64,000 nucleotides of DNA from contig CM120645.1 in NCBI GenBank assembly GCA_051362555.1, forward strand, positions 496,001 through 560,000, read 5' to 3'. Source of the DNA: Lingula anatina. Taxonomy: Eukaryota; Animalia; Brachiopoda. Positions 62,395-64,000 of this stretch are shown here, piece by piece. How positions within the stretch are numbered: position 1 is the stretch's first letter; each line of letters starts with the position of its first letter. The position numbers and the translations under genes were made by a program. The notes under the pieces were generated by a model. The model was given only the letters and a program-made list of their open reading frames with translations. It made no database searches and was not told where the DNA came from.

Positions 62395-62812
62395 GTAAGC
62401 ACAATACATATCTCTCTGTACTGTTATAGTATTACCCTAAAGATTCACTAGTGTCTCTTTTTTATGTCTCTATTTTCAAAAATGTTGTCAATCGGCCCTC
62501 ACCTGAATGTGACATCTAAAAAATTTACTTACAAGAATTTTTTTTTTACTTTTTTTTTCATTAAGTGCAGTATTTTAGCTATAATAACATCCCCCAATGA
62601 TTGACCTCCCATATCATAGTTTATACCATCTCCATGTACTAACTCAAAATGCAAAAAAATTTTCTTACAGCAGTAGGGATTTTTTCTGTAAAATCTTTAG
62701 TATTTTTATTTACAGTTAGCTCTGCCTATGTGTCAAAGTCTTTATATTCTCCTAATTGTCCTCTAAAATCAATATTTTTACATAATAACAGGTAATTTTT
62801 ATCTTTCTTATG

Positions 62813-64000
62813 CAGTCTTCGACGTTAAGCGGTGGACCGTGGACCGAGTCCACTAAATTTTCCGTCGGTCCAGTAAATATTGAAATTTATGTGGACCAAC
62901 GGTCCAGCTAAAATATTGAGAGATGCATGGGTTGCGTTGAGCAAAATTTAGAGCACATAAAATCAAATAAAAATTGTGTTATCTTCGCGAATATATAGTC
63001 TAAAAGGTTGTGATAACGCGAGCCATAACCAAAATAAAATGAGTGTGGCAGATGAGCCCAAACACAATGGTTGTGCGCAATGTGAGCTTTGAGAATTCTG
63101 ATTGGTCAATTATATTGGGTCATCCAATCACGGTCTTGAAAGTGTGAACCACGAGGTTTTACGAAATGGCGTTTCTTAAGCATTTTGCGGGCGTGAAGCC
63201 CGGAGTTAAAAGAAAAGTGTTAGATCTACAAAGTCAAGAGTACGAACGAAAAAGGATAAGGAAGTTTCAAAGTTCGTGGCAGCACAGTTTTTCCTGGCTT
63301 GTGTATGACACCGAGGCTAACAGCATGCATTGTAAAATCTGCCGAAGTCTGAGAAATGATTCTGATGGGGACTCCCCCTTTATCGCGGGAACGTCAAATT
63401 TTAAGATAGATGTTGTTAGGCTACATGCAGCATGTAAACAACACCAGCGGAATTCTGAACTTATCGCAGCAAAATCTACGCTATTTCCCAGAGTGTAGCG
63501 GCAGACTGCTTGGGGAAACTGAAGAGGGCTGAATATACCAGGCTGGTATCCAAGTTCCGATCGGCACACGCCATAGCCAAGCACCATCTGAGTTTCAATT
63601 TGTTTAAGACATTTTGTAAACTGGACACGGCCAAAGGCCTTGATGTTGGCACTTCTCACACCACTGACAAGTCCGCTGCACAATTTGTGTCTGCTATCGC
63701 AAATGTGGAAAGGAGAAGGGTAATTCAGAAGATTGAATCATGCAAATTTTTGAGCTTAACTATGGATGGGGCCACTGATTTTTCTGGAGACGATCTTGAA
63801 AACATTTATGTGAGGTCGTGCAACGATGGAAATATTGATGACATGTTTCTGTTTATTGGCCCAGCCCAATCATCTACCAGTAAAGACATTTACAATATGT
63901 TACACGAAGTCTTAAGAGGTTTGAATGTGGAACATGTGGTACGACAAAAACTGGTTGGCTTCACAGCTGATGGAGCATCCAACATGCAAGGTAAATGTAT
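62813..64000 (+). mobile_element. hAT DNA transposon (ZNF862-like transposase), left end, runs off the window
   Basis: Homology to the unit 1 intron ends at CAGTCTTCG...; subterminal ggacc/ggtcc motifs; transposase motifs follow. Confidence 0.82.
63166..64000 (+). pseudogene. hAT transposase with one frameshift near 63484, 3'-partial
   Basis: TTF-type zinc finger (FQSSW...FSWL...MHCKIC...H...H) in one frame; FLSLTMDGATD and GFTADGASNMQG catalytic motifs in a shifted frame. Confidence 0.8.

Larger units (their letters stand above)
45110..62812 (+). repeat. Tandem segmental duplication, unit 2 (interrupted by hAT element at 62813)
   Basis: Same order of LRIG exons, 3' UTR, promoter-like block, MITE and Roco gene as unit 1. 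Confidence 0.9.

Overview
AT-rich, intron-rich animal genomic DNA, probably from a marine invertebrate (taxon not determinable here). No rRNA, tRNA or CRISPR. (1) 101-35064 (+): the 3' 19 coding exons of an LRIG-family gene (LRRs, LRRCT, 3 Ig domains, TM, cytoplasmic tail; 5' end lies upstream of the window). Its introns hold MITEs and a 5.8-kb Helentron/DINE-type element filled with a 146-bp satellite in a higher-order array. (2) A tandem segmental duplication (unit 1 26663-45109, unit 2 45110 to at least ~62812). Each unit carries the LRIG 3' end plus a Roco gene (LRR-ROC-COR, with a spliced CARD-like exon visible for copy 1). (3) The two Roco genes have intronless LRR arrays built from a 138-bp two-LRR unit (4 vs 11 units). 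Near-invariant framework DNA alternates with short hypervariable cassettes at the predicted ligand-binding face, cassettes recur in different positions and pairings, and both genes sit behind a conserved ISRE/CRE/YY1 motif cluster. This is the best candidate for an undescribed diversified innate immune receptor system. (4) Unit 2 also holds an in-frame N-truncated LRIG copy, a 5'-truncated Gypsy element with an open polyprotein ORF, and a hAT transposon inserted just before the expected CARD exon of Roco copy 2.
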